64,000 nucleotides of DNA. It comes from an uncultured Bacilli bacterium. GTDB lineage: Bacteria > Bacillota_I > Bacilli_A > RF39 > UBA660. Below the pieces are notes generated by a model that worked only from the letters and a program-made list of their open reading frames with translations, was not told the DNA's origin and did not search any database. The position numbers and the translations under genes were made by a program. The stretch covers positions 11,572 to 75,571 of the forward strand of contig CALVKN010000068.1 of assembly GCA_944332715.1 (NCBI GenBank), read 5' to 3'. Positions 47,942 through 56,284 of the stretch are shown piece after piece (within the stretch, counting starts at the first letter, position 1; every line of letters begins with the position of its first letter).

Positions 47942-48145
47942 ATGAAGGCCAATTTCATACTGTGGCTGAAAGCGGCGGCGGTGCGCGCGGTAAAGACGCT
48001 CGCACAGACGGCCGTGGCGACCATCGGCACGACGGCGATGCTGTCGGAGGTGGACTGGGTGCTGGTGGCGTCGGCCTCGGCGCTTGCGGGTATCCTGTCC
48101 ATCCTCACGAGCGTGGCCGGTCTGCCCGAAGTGAAGGAGGAATAG
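47942..48145 (+). CDS. Small phage-type holin (about 67 aa, 2 TM; Phage_holin_1 / phiLC3-like)
   Basis: MKANFILWLKAAAVRAVKTLAQTAVATIGTTAMLSEVDWVLVASASALAGILSILTSVAGLPEVKEE has the K..TxxQTxVAxIG pattern, two TM helices, and a charged C-terminal tail. AAAGGAGAG Shine-Dalgarno. Confidence 0.65.
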   Translation: MKANFILWLKAAAVRAVKTLAQTAVATIGTTAMLSEVDWVLVASASALAGILSILTSVAGLPEVKEE

Positions 48146-48149
48146 CGTA

Positions 48150-48220
48150 GGCCGACCGGCCTGGTCGGCTGTTTGACGGCGGGGATGCGCGTCCGGGGGA
48201 CGCGCATCCCCGCCTTTTTG
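48150..48220 (+). terminator. Tandem hairpin terminator after the holin
   Basis: GCCGACCGGCCTGGTCGGC followed by TGTTT, then GGGGATGCGCGTCCGGGGGACGCGCATCCCC followed by GCCTTTTTG. Confidence 0.75.
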
Positions 48221-48277
48221 CCGCGTGCACCGCTGTACATCCGCTTTTTGGCCGCGCCCGCCACGCCGGACGGCGTA

Positions 48278-48368
48278 AAATTGAACTTTTATCAACAAAT
48301 TGAACTTCCAAAAAGATATTGAACTTTTGTGGGTGGCGTGGTATAATGCTCAAACAGATTGAACTTTC
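48278..48368 (+). promoter_or_regulatory. AT-rich promoter region with four TTGAACTT direct repeats (19-nt spacing for the first three) flanking an extended -10 (TGGTATAAT), upstream of the HTH-aminotransferase gene
   Basis: AATTGAACTTTTATC...AATTGAACTTCCAAA...ATATTGAACTTTTGT...TGGTATAATGCTCAAACAGATTGAACTTTCGAGGAGG. The fourth copy lies between the -10 and the RBS. Confidence 0.6.
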
Positions 48369-48382
48369 GAGGAGGCAGGGCG

Positions 48383-49888
48383 ATGCCGCAGGAGACGTTT
48401 GCAGACCGGCTGAAGGTGGCAATGGCGCAGCGAGGCGTCAAGCAGGTGGACCTCATCCGCCTGGCGGCGGAGCGGGGCGTGAAGCTGGGCAAGAGCCACG
48501 TGAGCCAGTATGTCGGCGGCAAGACCGTGCCGCGTGCGGACGTGCTGCGCTTTCTTGCCGCGGCGCTGCAGGTGGACGAGGCGTGGCTGAAGGGGAGCGG
48601 GCCGGACGCGGCGCAGGGCGCCGGCACGGCCGGCGCAGACAGGACGGGAGACAGGACGCTTGGAGGAGAGAACATGCGCGAATTCAAAAAATCGTCAAAG
48701 CTGAACAACGTGTTGTACGACGTGCGCGGCCCGGTCGTGGACCAGGCGGCCAGGATGGAGGAGGACGGCACGCAGGTCCTGAAGCTGAACATCGGCAACC
48801 CGGCGCCGTTCGGGTTCCGCACGCCGGACGAGGTCATCTACGACATGCGCCGGCAGCTGACCGAGTGCGAGGGCTATTCCCCTGCCAAGGGGCTGTTCTC
48901 CGCGCGCAAGGCCATCATGCAGTATGCGCAGCTCAAGCAGATCCCGAACGTGACCATGGAAGACATCTATACCGGCAACGGCGTGAGCGAGCTCATCAAC
49001 CTCAGCATGTCGGCGCTGCTGGACGACCAGGACGAGATCCTGATCCCGTCGCCCGACTATCCGCTGTGGACGGCGAGCGCCACGCTGGCCGGCGGGCGGG
49101 TGGTGCACTACGTGTGCGACGAGCAGTCGGGCTGGTATCCCGACCTCGAGGACATCAAAAAAAAGGTAACGGATCGCACGAAGGCCATCGTCATCATCAA
49201 CCCGAACAACCCCACCGGCGCGCTGTACCCGAAGGCGGTGTTGCAGGGCATCGTGGACGTGGCGCGGCAGCATGGGCTGATCATCTTTTCGGACGAGATC
49301 TACGACCGGCTGGTCATGGACGGCGAGGAGCACGTCTCCATCGCGTCGCTGGCGCCGGACCTGTTCTGCGTCACGTTCAGCGGCCTGTCCAAGTCGCACA
49401 TGATCGCCGGCTTCCGCATCGGCTGGATGATCCTGAGCGGCAACAAAAAGCTGGCCAGGGACTACATCGAGGGGCTGCAAATGCTGTCCAACATGCGTTT
49501 GTGTTCCAACGTGCCGGCGCAGTCCATTGTGCAGACGGCGCTCGGCGGGCACCAGAGCACCCGCGCGTACCTCGTGCCGGGCGGGCGGCTGTATGAGCAG
49601 CGGGAGTACATCTACAATGCGCTGACCGACATCCCGGGCATCACGTGCGTCAAGCCGAAGGCCGCGTTTTACATGTTCCCGAAGATGGACGTGAAGAAAT
49701 TCCACATCGTGGACGACGAGCGGTTTGCGCTCGACCTGTTGCAGGATAAAAAGATCCTGCTGATCCACGGCGGCGGCTTCAACTGGAAGCAGCCGGACCA
49801 CTTCCGCGTGGTCTACCTGCCGCGCATCGAGGTGCTCAAAGAGGCGATGGAGAAGATCACGGACTTCTTCAGCTATTACCGGCAGTGA
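48383..49888 (+). CDS. XRE-family HTH domain fused in frame to a class-I PLP aminotransferase (AlaA/YfbQ-like alanine aminotransferase)
   Basis: N-terminal about 70 aa HTH_3 (FADRLKVAMAQRGVKQVDLIRLAAERGVKLGKSHVSQYVGGKTVPRADVLRFLAAAL). A Gly/Ala linker, then MREFKKSSKLNNVLYDVRGPVVDQAARMEEDGTQVLKLNIGNPAPFGF..., very close to E. coli AlaA; PLP lysine in SGLSKS. There is a Shine-Dalgarno before both the first ATG (48383) and the internal ATG (48674). Confidence 0.8.
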   Translation: MPQETFADRLKVAMAQRGVKQVDLIRLAAERGVKLGKSHVSQYVGGKTVPRADVLRFLAAALQVDEAWLKGSGPDAAQGAGTAGADRTGDRTLGGENMREFKKSSKLNNVLYDVRGPVVDQAARMEEDGTQVLKLNIGNPAPFGFRTPDEVIYDMRRQLTECEGYSPAKGLFSARKAIMQYAQLKQIPNVTMEDIYTGNGVSELINLSMSALLDDQDEILIPSPDYPLWTASATLAGGRVVHYVCDEQSGWYPDLEDIKKKVTDRTKAIVIINPNNPTGALYPKAVLQGIVDVARQHGLIIFSDEIYDRLVMDGEEHVSIASLAPDLFCVTFSGLSKSHMIAGFRIGWMILSGNKKLARDYIEGLQMLSNMRLCSNVPAQSIVQTALGGHQSTRAYLVPGGRLYEQREYIYNALTDIPGITCVKPKAAFYMFPKMDVKKFHIVDDERFALDLLQDKKILLIHGGGFNWKQPDHFRVVYLPRIEVLKEAMEKITDFFSYYRQ

Positions 49889-49921
49889 CGCGCCCGGCGC
49901 GGGCGCAGGGGAGGCGAGAGG

Positions 49922-50938
49922 ATGACGCAGGTCACGGTCATATCCGGGTTTTTGGGCGCGGGCAAGACCACGCTCGTGCGCAAGCTCGTGGCGGAGGCCT
50001 ACCGGGGCGAGCGCCTCGTGCTGCTGGAGAATGAATTCGGGCAGGCCGGCATCGACGGCGGCTTTTTACGGGATACGGGGCTGGCCATTTCGGAGCTGGA
50101 CGCGGGCTGCATCTGCTGCTCACTGTCCGGCGCGTTTACCGACGCGCTGCTCGAGGCACAGCGCACATACCGGCCGGACCGCATCCTCGTGGAGCCGTCC
50201 GGCGTGGGAAAACTTTCGGACATTTTGTCGGCCGTACATGCGCTCGAGGCGCGCGGCGAGCCGCTGCGCCTGACGGGGGCGGCGACGGTCGTGGACGCCA
50301 CGCGGTGCCAGACGTATCTCGACGAGTTTTCCACCTGGTACGACGACCAGATCGCGCATGCGGCGCTGCTCGTGTGCAGCCGCACGCAGGAGCTGCCGGA
50401 ACGCCGGCTGCTGGACGTGGTGCGCCGGTTGCGGCAGCTCAACGGCCGCGCGACGATCGTCACGACGCCGTGGGACGCGCTGGACGGGCGGCAGATCCGG
50501 CAGGCGCTCGAGGACCGGGCGGCGTTTGCGGACGCGCTCGCGCGTGAGCTGCTTGGCGGCGAAGCGCAGCCCGGCTGCGGCCACGGGCACGAACACGAAC
50601 ACGGGCACTGCCATGCGCATGAGCACTGCCACGAGCACGAACACGGGCACGCCCACCCGGCCGCGCCGTTTGAGAGCTGGAGCGCCGAAACGCCGCGGCA
50701 GTTCACGGAGCAGGCGCTGCGCGCCATCCTGGACGAGCTGGGCAGCGGGCGATACGGCGCGGTTTTGCGCGCCAAGGGCATCGTGCCGGCGGGGGTGGAC
50801 GCGTGGTGGCACTTCGACTATGTGCCGGGCGAGCCGGCGCTCCGCGCCGGGGGCGCGGAGGTGACGGGCCGCGTGTGCGTCATCGGCGTGGGGCTCGACC
50901 GGCACGGCATTGCCGCGCTGTTTGGCGAGCAGGCATAG
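49922..50938 (+). CDS. CobW/COG0523-family GTPase (putative metallochaperone) with a His-rich metal-binding stretch
   Basis: GFLGAGKTT P-loop, CxCC motif (GCICCS), His-rich GHGHEHEHGHCHAHEHCHEHEHGHAH, and a C-terminal CobW_C-like domain. Confidence 0.8.
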   Translation: MTQVTVISGFLGAGKTTLVRKLVAEAYRGERLVLLENEFGQAGIDGGFLRDTGLAISELDAGCICCSLSGAFTDALLEAQRTYRPDRILVEPSGVGKLSDILSAVHALEARGEPLRLTGAATVVDATRCQTYLDEFSTWYDDQIAHAALLVCSRTQELPERRLLDVVRRLRQLNGRATIVTTPWDALDGRQIRQALEDRAAFADALARELLGGEAQPGCGHGHEHEHGHCHAHEHCHEHEHGHAHPAAPFESWSAETPRQFTEQALRAILDELGSGRYGAVLRAKGIVPAGVDAWWHFDYVPGEPALRAGGAEVTGRVCVIGVGLDRHGIAALFGEQA

Positions 50939-51066
50939 CGGGCCGGGACGGCGCGGAGACGAGACAGAGACGACATACGGGAGAGGGGCTTTGGCCTCTC
51001 TCCCGTATGTTTTGTCTGTTTGTCTTGCAGGGCAGGCCGTGCCGGCCCGCGGTTGAAAACGGCGGC

Positions 51067-51270
<204 letters not shown>

Positions 51271-51483
51271 TTATACGCAATCCGCGCCGCAAAAGCAAGC
51301 GCAAGCGGGGGATTGCCGCCGGAAAATACGGCTTTGGGCGCCTTTCTCAAAGACGGCGGGCGCGCGGATGGCCGCGGCGGCGGGGCGGCCGCGCGTCTGC
51401 CCACGCCGCGCGCACGGCGCGCGGGGGCGGGGCGCTGTATAACGGCCCGGCGGGTTGTCCATACTCATGCCGAGGTGATGGAT

Positions 51484-52080
51484 ATGTTACAGACCCTTTC
51501 CGGACGCAAATTCCTTGTCCGGTGCGCCGTGTGCCTGGTGCTTTCCGGCGCGCTCGTCGGGATCGGCCTGCTGGTTGCCGGGGAAGCCGGCGCCGCCGCG
51601 GCGGATGCAGCCGACGTGATCGAGACGCGCGACGGCATTTTGCGGCTGCACGTGATCGCCAACAGCGATTCGGCGGAGGATCAGGCCGTGAAACTGCGCG
51701 TGCGCGATGCGATTCTCGCGTGCATGGAGCCGGGCGACACCATGGAGGAGGCGGAGGCGTTTGTGCGCACGCACGGCGCGGAGCTGCTCGCCGCAGCGGA
51801 GGACACGCTGCGCGAGGCGGGTTTTTCCTACTCGGCGCAGCTGATGCTGGGCACGTACCCGTTCCCCGACCGCACGTATGGCGGCACGCTGTATCCCGCC
51901 GGCGAGTATGAGGCGCTGCGCGTGGTGCTGGGCGACGGCGCGGGGCAGAACTGGTGGTGCGTGCTGTTCCCGCCGCTGTGCATCGTGACGGAAGACGTGG
52001 AGGCGCTGCCGGCGCCGGACGCGCTGACGTTTAAGAGCAGCCTGCTCGCGTGGCTGCGGGAGCTGGGGGTGATCGCATGA
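51484..52080 (+). CDS. spoIIR: Stage II sporulation protein R
   Basis: Signal/TM N-terminus, then the LRLHVIANSDSAEDQAVKLRVRDAIL SpoIIR core. Start at the second ATG (51484) on SD spacing; the alternative is 51478. Confidence 0.8.
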   Translation: MLQTLSGRKFLVRCAVCLVLSGALVGIGLLVAGEAGAAAADAADVIETRDGILRLHVIANSDSAEDQAVKLRVRDAILACMEPGDTMEEAEAFVRTHGAELLAAAEDTLREAGFSYSAQLMLGTYPFPDRTYGGTLYPAGEYEALRVVLGDGAGQNWWCVLFPPLCIVTEDVEALPAPDALTFKSSLLAWLRELGVIA

Positions 52081-52772
52081 GGATGAACCGGAAGCTGAAG
52101 CATTTTCTCGTGCTGGTGCTCGCGATGACGGTGCTGCTGTGCGCCGTGACGCCGGTGTCGCACGCCGAGTCGCTCCGGCGCGGCAGCCGCGGCGACCTGG
52201 TGACCACGCTGCAAAAGCGTCTCAAGACGTGGGGCTACTATACCGGAAATGTCGATGGCATCTTCGGCAGCCAGACCGAGCAGGCGGTCAAGTATTTCCA
52301 GCGCAAGAACGGGCTGGAGGTGGACGGCATCGTCGGCCCGGCCACGGCAAAAGCCGTCGGCATCTCCCTCACGGGCGGCTCGTCCGGCGGCAGCAGCAGC
52401 TCCTCCGGCACCGGCAGCTCGAGCAGCGACGTGTATCTGCTGGCGCGCTGCGTGTATGGCGAGGCGCGCGGCGAATCGTACAAGGGACAGGTGGCCGTGG
52501 CCGCGGTGGTGCTCAACCGTGTGAGGAGCAGCAGCTTTCCGAACACGATTTCGGGCGTGATCTATCAGCCGGGCGCGTTCTCCGTCGTGTCGGACGGGCA
52601 GATCAACCTGACGCCAAACGACACCGCGCTCAAGGCCGCGCGCGACGCGATGAACGGCTGGGACCCGACCGGCGGCTGTCTGTACTACTATAACCCCGCC
52701 AAGACGAGCAACAAGTGGATTTTGTCCCGGCCGATCATGATGCGCATCGGCAACCACGTATTCTGCAAGTGA
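52077..52772 (+). CDS. sleB: Spore cortex-lytic enzyme SleB-like: PG_binding_1 plus a Hydrolase_2 (SleB/CwlJ) domain
   Basis: Signal peptide. LQKRLKTWGYYTGNVDGIFGSQTEQAVKYFQRKNGLEVDGIVGP is a PG-binding domain. A Ser/Gly linker. ARCVYGEARGESYKGQVAVAAVVLNRV...GVIYQPGAFS is the Hydrolase_2 domain. ATGA overlap with the spoIIR stop. Confidence 0.85.
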   Translation: MRMNRKLKHFLVLVLAMTVLLCAVTPVSHAESLRRGSRGDLVTTLQKRLKTWGYYTGNVDGIFGSQTEQAVKYFQRKNGLEVDGIVGPATAKAVGISLTGGSSGGSSSSSGTGSSSSDVYLLARCVYGEARGESYKGQVAVAAVVLNRVRSSSFPNTISGVIYQPGAFSVVSDGQINLTPNDTALKAARDAMNGWDPTGGCLYYYNPAKTSNKWILSRPIMMRIGNHVFCK

Positions 52773-52817
52773 CGGCGCGGCATGTGCCCGCAGGACGGGC
52801 GGAAAGGAGTGAATTGG

Positions 52818-54239
52818 ATGGAAAACCAGGAGACCGGAACGCGGCGCGCCCGCATGGCGGGCCGGATTGCGGCCATTGCGGCGCCGGTGCTGCTCGCGGT
52901 GGCGCTGGTGGTCGCGTGCATCTGGGGCGCAGAGCAGAGCGCGCGGGCGGAGTCGCTCGAGCGCGGCATCCGGTCGGTGTACCGGCAGGCGTTTTTGGAG
53001 CTGAATGACAACGTGCACGACATGCAGGTGTCGCTCAAGAAGCTGATGGTCGTGTCCAGCCCGAAGCAGTATGTGCTGCTGCTGGACGACGTGTGGCGTC
53101 TCTCCGGCGCGGCGGCGGCCAACCTGGCGGCGCTGCCGGTGTCGCACACCGAGGTGGAACAGTTCAACCGCTTTGTGGTGCAGGCGGGCGACTATGCCCG
53201 CACGCTGTCCACGCAGATCCTGTCCGGCGCAGTGCTCGGGCAGGAGGACCGCGACCAGCTGGCCGCGGTGTATGAGGCGAGCGTGCAGACGGCGGCGGAG
53301 CTCGAGCGGCGGCTGCAGGAGGAGGACTTCCCGCTCACGGCTTTGACGGTGGACGGCTACTATGGCGACGGGACGGGCGCTACAGCCGGCAGCGACAGCA
53401 CGTCCGGCGAGGACGAGGGCGCCGCCGGCGGCGAGGGCGCGGCGGGCAGCGAGGACGAGGCGAGCATCGCCAACTATCCGACGCTGATCTATGACGGGCC
53501 GTTTTCCGAGAGCACGGAGAAGGCCGAGCCGCGCGGGCTGCCGGAAGAAGAGGTGGACGCGGACGCGGCGCTGCAGGCGGCGGCGGAGTATGTCGGCGGC
53601 AGCCTGCAGCTGGCCGGCGAGGCGGGCGGCACGATCCCGACCTATGAGATCATCGGCACCGACGCCGACGGGCGCAGCGTGGAGCTGGCCGTGACGAAAC
53701 AGGGCGGCAAGGTGCTCTGGATGATGGCGGAGGCGCAGGGCGGCGCGGAGGGCGTGCCCGAGGAGGCCGAGAGCGCGCGCATGCGCGACGCGGCCAAGGC
53801 GTATCTCAACGCGCGCGGGTACGACGGCATGGAGGCCACCTATGCGCAGTTTTATGCCGGCATTGCGGTGTACAACTTTGCTTCCGTGCAGGGCGGCGTG
53901 ATCCTGTATCCCGACCTGGTGAAGGTCTACGTGGAGCGGGCGAGCGGGAAGATCGTCGGCGTGGACGCATACAACTACCTGTTCAGCCACACCGAGCGCC
54001 AGCTGCCCGTGCCGGTCGTGACGGAGGAGGAGGCGCGCGAAAGCGTGAACGAAGCGCTCGAGATCGTCTCCGTGCGCCTGGCGCTGATCCCGCGCACGGC
54101 CGTGACCGAGGTGCTCTGCTATGAGTTCAAGGGCACGTATGGCGGCGCAAGCTTCATCGTGTACATCAATGCGGTGACCGGCAGCGAAGAGCAGATCTTT
54201 GAGATTGTCAACAGCGACGAGGGCCAGCTCGTGGTGTAG
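52818..54239 (+). CDS. ypeB: Germination protein YpeB (SleB partner, PepSY domains)
   Basis: N-terminal TM segment, a YpeB-like middle, and C-terminal tandem PepSY-like regions. Directly downstream of sleB. GGAAAGGAG Shine-Dalgarno. Confidence 0.8.
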   Translation: MENQETGTRRARMAGRIAAIAAPVLLAVALVVACIWGAEQSARAESLERGIRSVYRQAFLELNDNVHDMQVSLKKLMVVSSPKQYVLLLDDVWRLSGAAAANLAALPVSHTEVEQFNRFVVQAGDYARTLSTQILSGAVLGQEDRDQLAAVYEASVQTAAELERRLQEEDFPLTALTVDGYYGDGTGATAGSDSTSGEDEGAAGGEGAAGSEDEASIANYPTLIYDGPFSESTEKAEPRGLPEEEVDADAALQAAAEYVGGSLQLAGEAGGTIPTYEIIGTDADGRSVELAVTKQGGKVLWMMAEAQGGAEGVPEEAESARMRDAAKAYLNARGYDGMEATYAQFYAGIAVYNFASVQGGVILYPDLVKVYVERASGKIVGVDAYNYLFSHTERQLPVPVVTEEEARESVNEALEIVSVRLALIPRTAVTEVLCYEFKGTYGGASFIVYINAVTGSEEQIFEIVNSDEGQLVV

Positions 54240-54383
54240 CCCCGGCGCGGCGGATGGATTAGGGGCCCCGGCCTGTGGCGGGGCCCTTGGCACGCCGGCA
54301 ACCATGAAATTTCGATGAAGGTTTAAAAAAAGCCGGTCTGGCGGATTGAAAAGCGGCATGCGGCAATGGTATACTGGTGCAGT

Positions 54384-55421
54384 ATGAAGAAACAGGCATG
54401 GAAACGCATCCTGGTGGTGCTGCTGACGCTGGCGGTGCTCGTGGGATTTGTGGTGTTTGATAAAGACGTGGGCAACATCGCGGAGGTGCTGCAGTCCGTT
54501 TCGCCGCCCTGGCTGATCGGCGCGCTGCTGTGCGCCCTGTTGTACTTTTTGGGCGATACGCTCATGTATCAGATTGCCTGCCGCGACATGCAGATCCCGC
54601 AGCCGCTGCACGAGGCGCTCATCACCACCATGATCGGCTTTTTTTATAGCGCGCTGACGCCGCTCTCGTCGGGCGGACAACCCTTCCAGGTGCTGCAGAT
54701 GCGTGGCCGCGGCATCAACGTCGGCACGGCGACCTCCGTGCTGATGGTCAAGTTCATGGCCTGGCACATCGCACTCTCCTGTGTGGGATTGATGGGCGCG
54801 GTGTTCTGCGGCGGCACGCTGCTGCAGGAGAGCACGACGATGTTTGTGCTGTTCTGCATCGGCTTTTTACTGCACCTGTTCTGCGCCGGGACGGGGCTGC
54901 TGCTCATGGTGCGGCCGCAGCTGGTGTATCGCGCCGGGCGCGCGGTGGTGGGTTTCGTCGGGCGCGTGGCGTGCCGGCGCCGGCCTGACCGGCTCGAGCG
55001 GATGTACGCGGCTTGGGACCGGTTCATCGGCGAGTACAAGCAGGCCGTCGCATATTCGCTACAGCACCGGGCCGGCATGGTGCAGATCGTGCTCGTGGCG
55101 TTTGTCGAGGTCACGGCCTACCTGTCGGTCACGTACTGCGTGTACCGCGGCCTGGGCTTTTCCGAGGTCACCTACCCGACGATGACGCTGCTGCAGGGCA
55201 TGCTGTCCATCGGCGTGGCGTTTGTGCCGCTGCCGGGCGCGTCGATCGCCACGGAGGGCGGGTTCTATGCGCTGTTTACCACCTACTTTGGCGATTTCCG
55301 CCTGGCCGGCATGCTGGTGTGGCGGTTTCTGACGTATTATCTCGTCATTTTGCTGGGGCTCGTCGCCGTGCTCGTGGACGGCTTCCGTGCCGACCGGCGC
55401 GTGGGCGCCCGGGAGGGCTGA
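54384..55421 (+). CDS. Lysylphosphatidylglycerol-synthase-TM-domain-like (UPF0104/YbhN-type, flippase-like) integral membrane protein
   Basis: About 8 TM segments with the typical GD..MY and proline-rich loop pattern of LPG_synthase_TM family proteins. The start is uncertain (54366 or 54384). Candidate promoter TTGAAA-18-TGGTATACT ending a few nt before the ATG. Confidence 0.65.
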   Translation: MKKQAWKRILVVLLTLAVLVGFVVFDKDVGNIAEVLQSVSPPWLIGALLCALLYFLGDTLMYQIACRDMQIPQPLHEALITTMIGFFYSALTPLSSGGQPFQVLQMRGRGINVGTATSVLMVKFMAWHIALSCVGLMGAVFCGGTLLQESTTMFVLFCIGFLLHLFCAGTGLLLMVRPQLVYRAGRAVVGFVGRVACRRRPDRLERMYAAWDRFIGEYKQAVAYSLQHRAGMVQIVLVAFVEVTAYLSVTYCVYRGLGFSEVTYPTMTLLQGMLSIGVAFVPLPGASIATEGGFYALFTTYFGDFRLAGMLVWRFLTYYLVILLGLVAVLVDGFRADRRVGAREG

Positions 55422-55423
55422 AC

Positions 55424-56284
55424 ATGTATCTGGCGGATGGCTGGCAATCTTATACGCTGCTCGATGCGGGCGACGGGCAAAAGCTCGAGCGCTGGGGCGA
55501 CGTCACGCTGCTCCGGCCCGACCCGCAGGCGGTCTGGCCGATGGCGGCGCCGGACAGGACGGCGGTCGACGCGGTGTACCACCGCAGCGAGCGCGGCGGC
55601 GGGCACTGGGAGTTCCTGCGCAGCCTGCCGGACGCGGCCTGGCCCATCGCCTATCGCGACCTGCGCTTTCTCGTGCGGCCGACCGGGTTCAAGCACACCG
55701 GCCTGTTCCCGGAGCAGGCGGTCAACTGGGACTGGATGCGCGCGCGGGTGGAGGCAAAGCGCGCGCAGGACGGGGCGTGCCGCGTGCTGAACCTGTTTGC
55801 CTATACCGGCGGCGCGACCTGCGCCTGCCTCAAGAGCGGCGCGCAGGTGGTGCACGTGGACGCGGCCAAGGGCATGGTCGCCTGGGCGAAGGACAATGTC
55901 GCCGCCTGCGGCCTGGCCGACGCGCCCGTGCGCTACATCGTGGACGACTGCGTAAAGTTCGTGCAGCGGGAGCTGCGCCGCGGCAACCGCTACGACGGCA
56001 TCCTCATGGACCCGCCGAGCTATGGCCGCGGCCCGTCCGGCGAGCTGTGGAAGATCGAGGAGTCGCTCTATCCGCTCGTCGCCCAGTGCGCCGCGCTGCT
56101 GTCTGAAAGGCCGGCGTTCTTTCTCATCAATTCCTACACGACCGGGCTGGCGCCCACGGTCCTGTCCAACGTGCTGCGCGTGGCGCTGCCCGGCGGCCAT
56201 GCCGAGGCGGACGAGGTCGGCCTGCCCATCCGGCGCGGCGGGCTCGTGCTGCCGTGCGGCGCGACCGGCAGGTGGACGCCGTGA
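55424..56284 (+). CDS. Class I SAM-dependent methyltransferase (RlmI/RlmK-like rRNA methyltransferase-like)
   Basis: LNLFAYTGGATCACLKSGAQVVHVDAAKGMV (motif I) ... ILMDPPSYGRGPSGE (DPP[FY] motif IV). GGGAGGG Shine-Dalgarno. Confidence 0.8.
   Translation: MYLADGWQSYTLLDAGDGQKLERWGDVTLLRPDPQAVWPMAAPDRTAVDAVYHRSERGGGHWEFLRSLPDAAWPIAYRDLRFLVRPTGFKHTGLFPEQAVNWDWMRARVEAKRAQDGACRVLNLFAYTGGATCACLKSGAQVVHVDAAKGMVAWAKDNVAACGLADAPVRYIVDDCVKFVQRELRRGNRYDGILMDPPSYGRGPSGELWKIEESLYPLVAQCAALLSERPAFFLINSYTTGLAPTVLSNVLRVALPGGHAEADEVGLPIRRGGLVLPCGATGRWTP

Noticed and set aside
44268-48220. Calling the tRNA-adjacent cassette an intact prophage or an integrative element.
   Set aside because: No integrase, terminase, capsid or tail genes and no obvious att repeats within the window. 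Only a lysis-type subset is present, so it is described as a phage-derived cassette.
51828-54767. 979-aa minus-strand ORF opposite sleB-ypeB.
   Set aside because: Antisense to recognisable sporulation/germination genes. Spurious.
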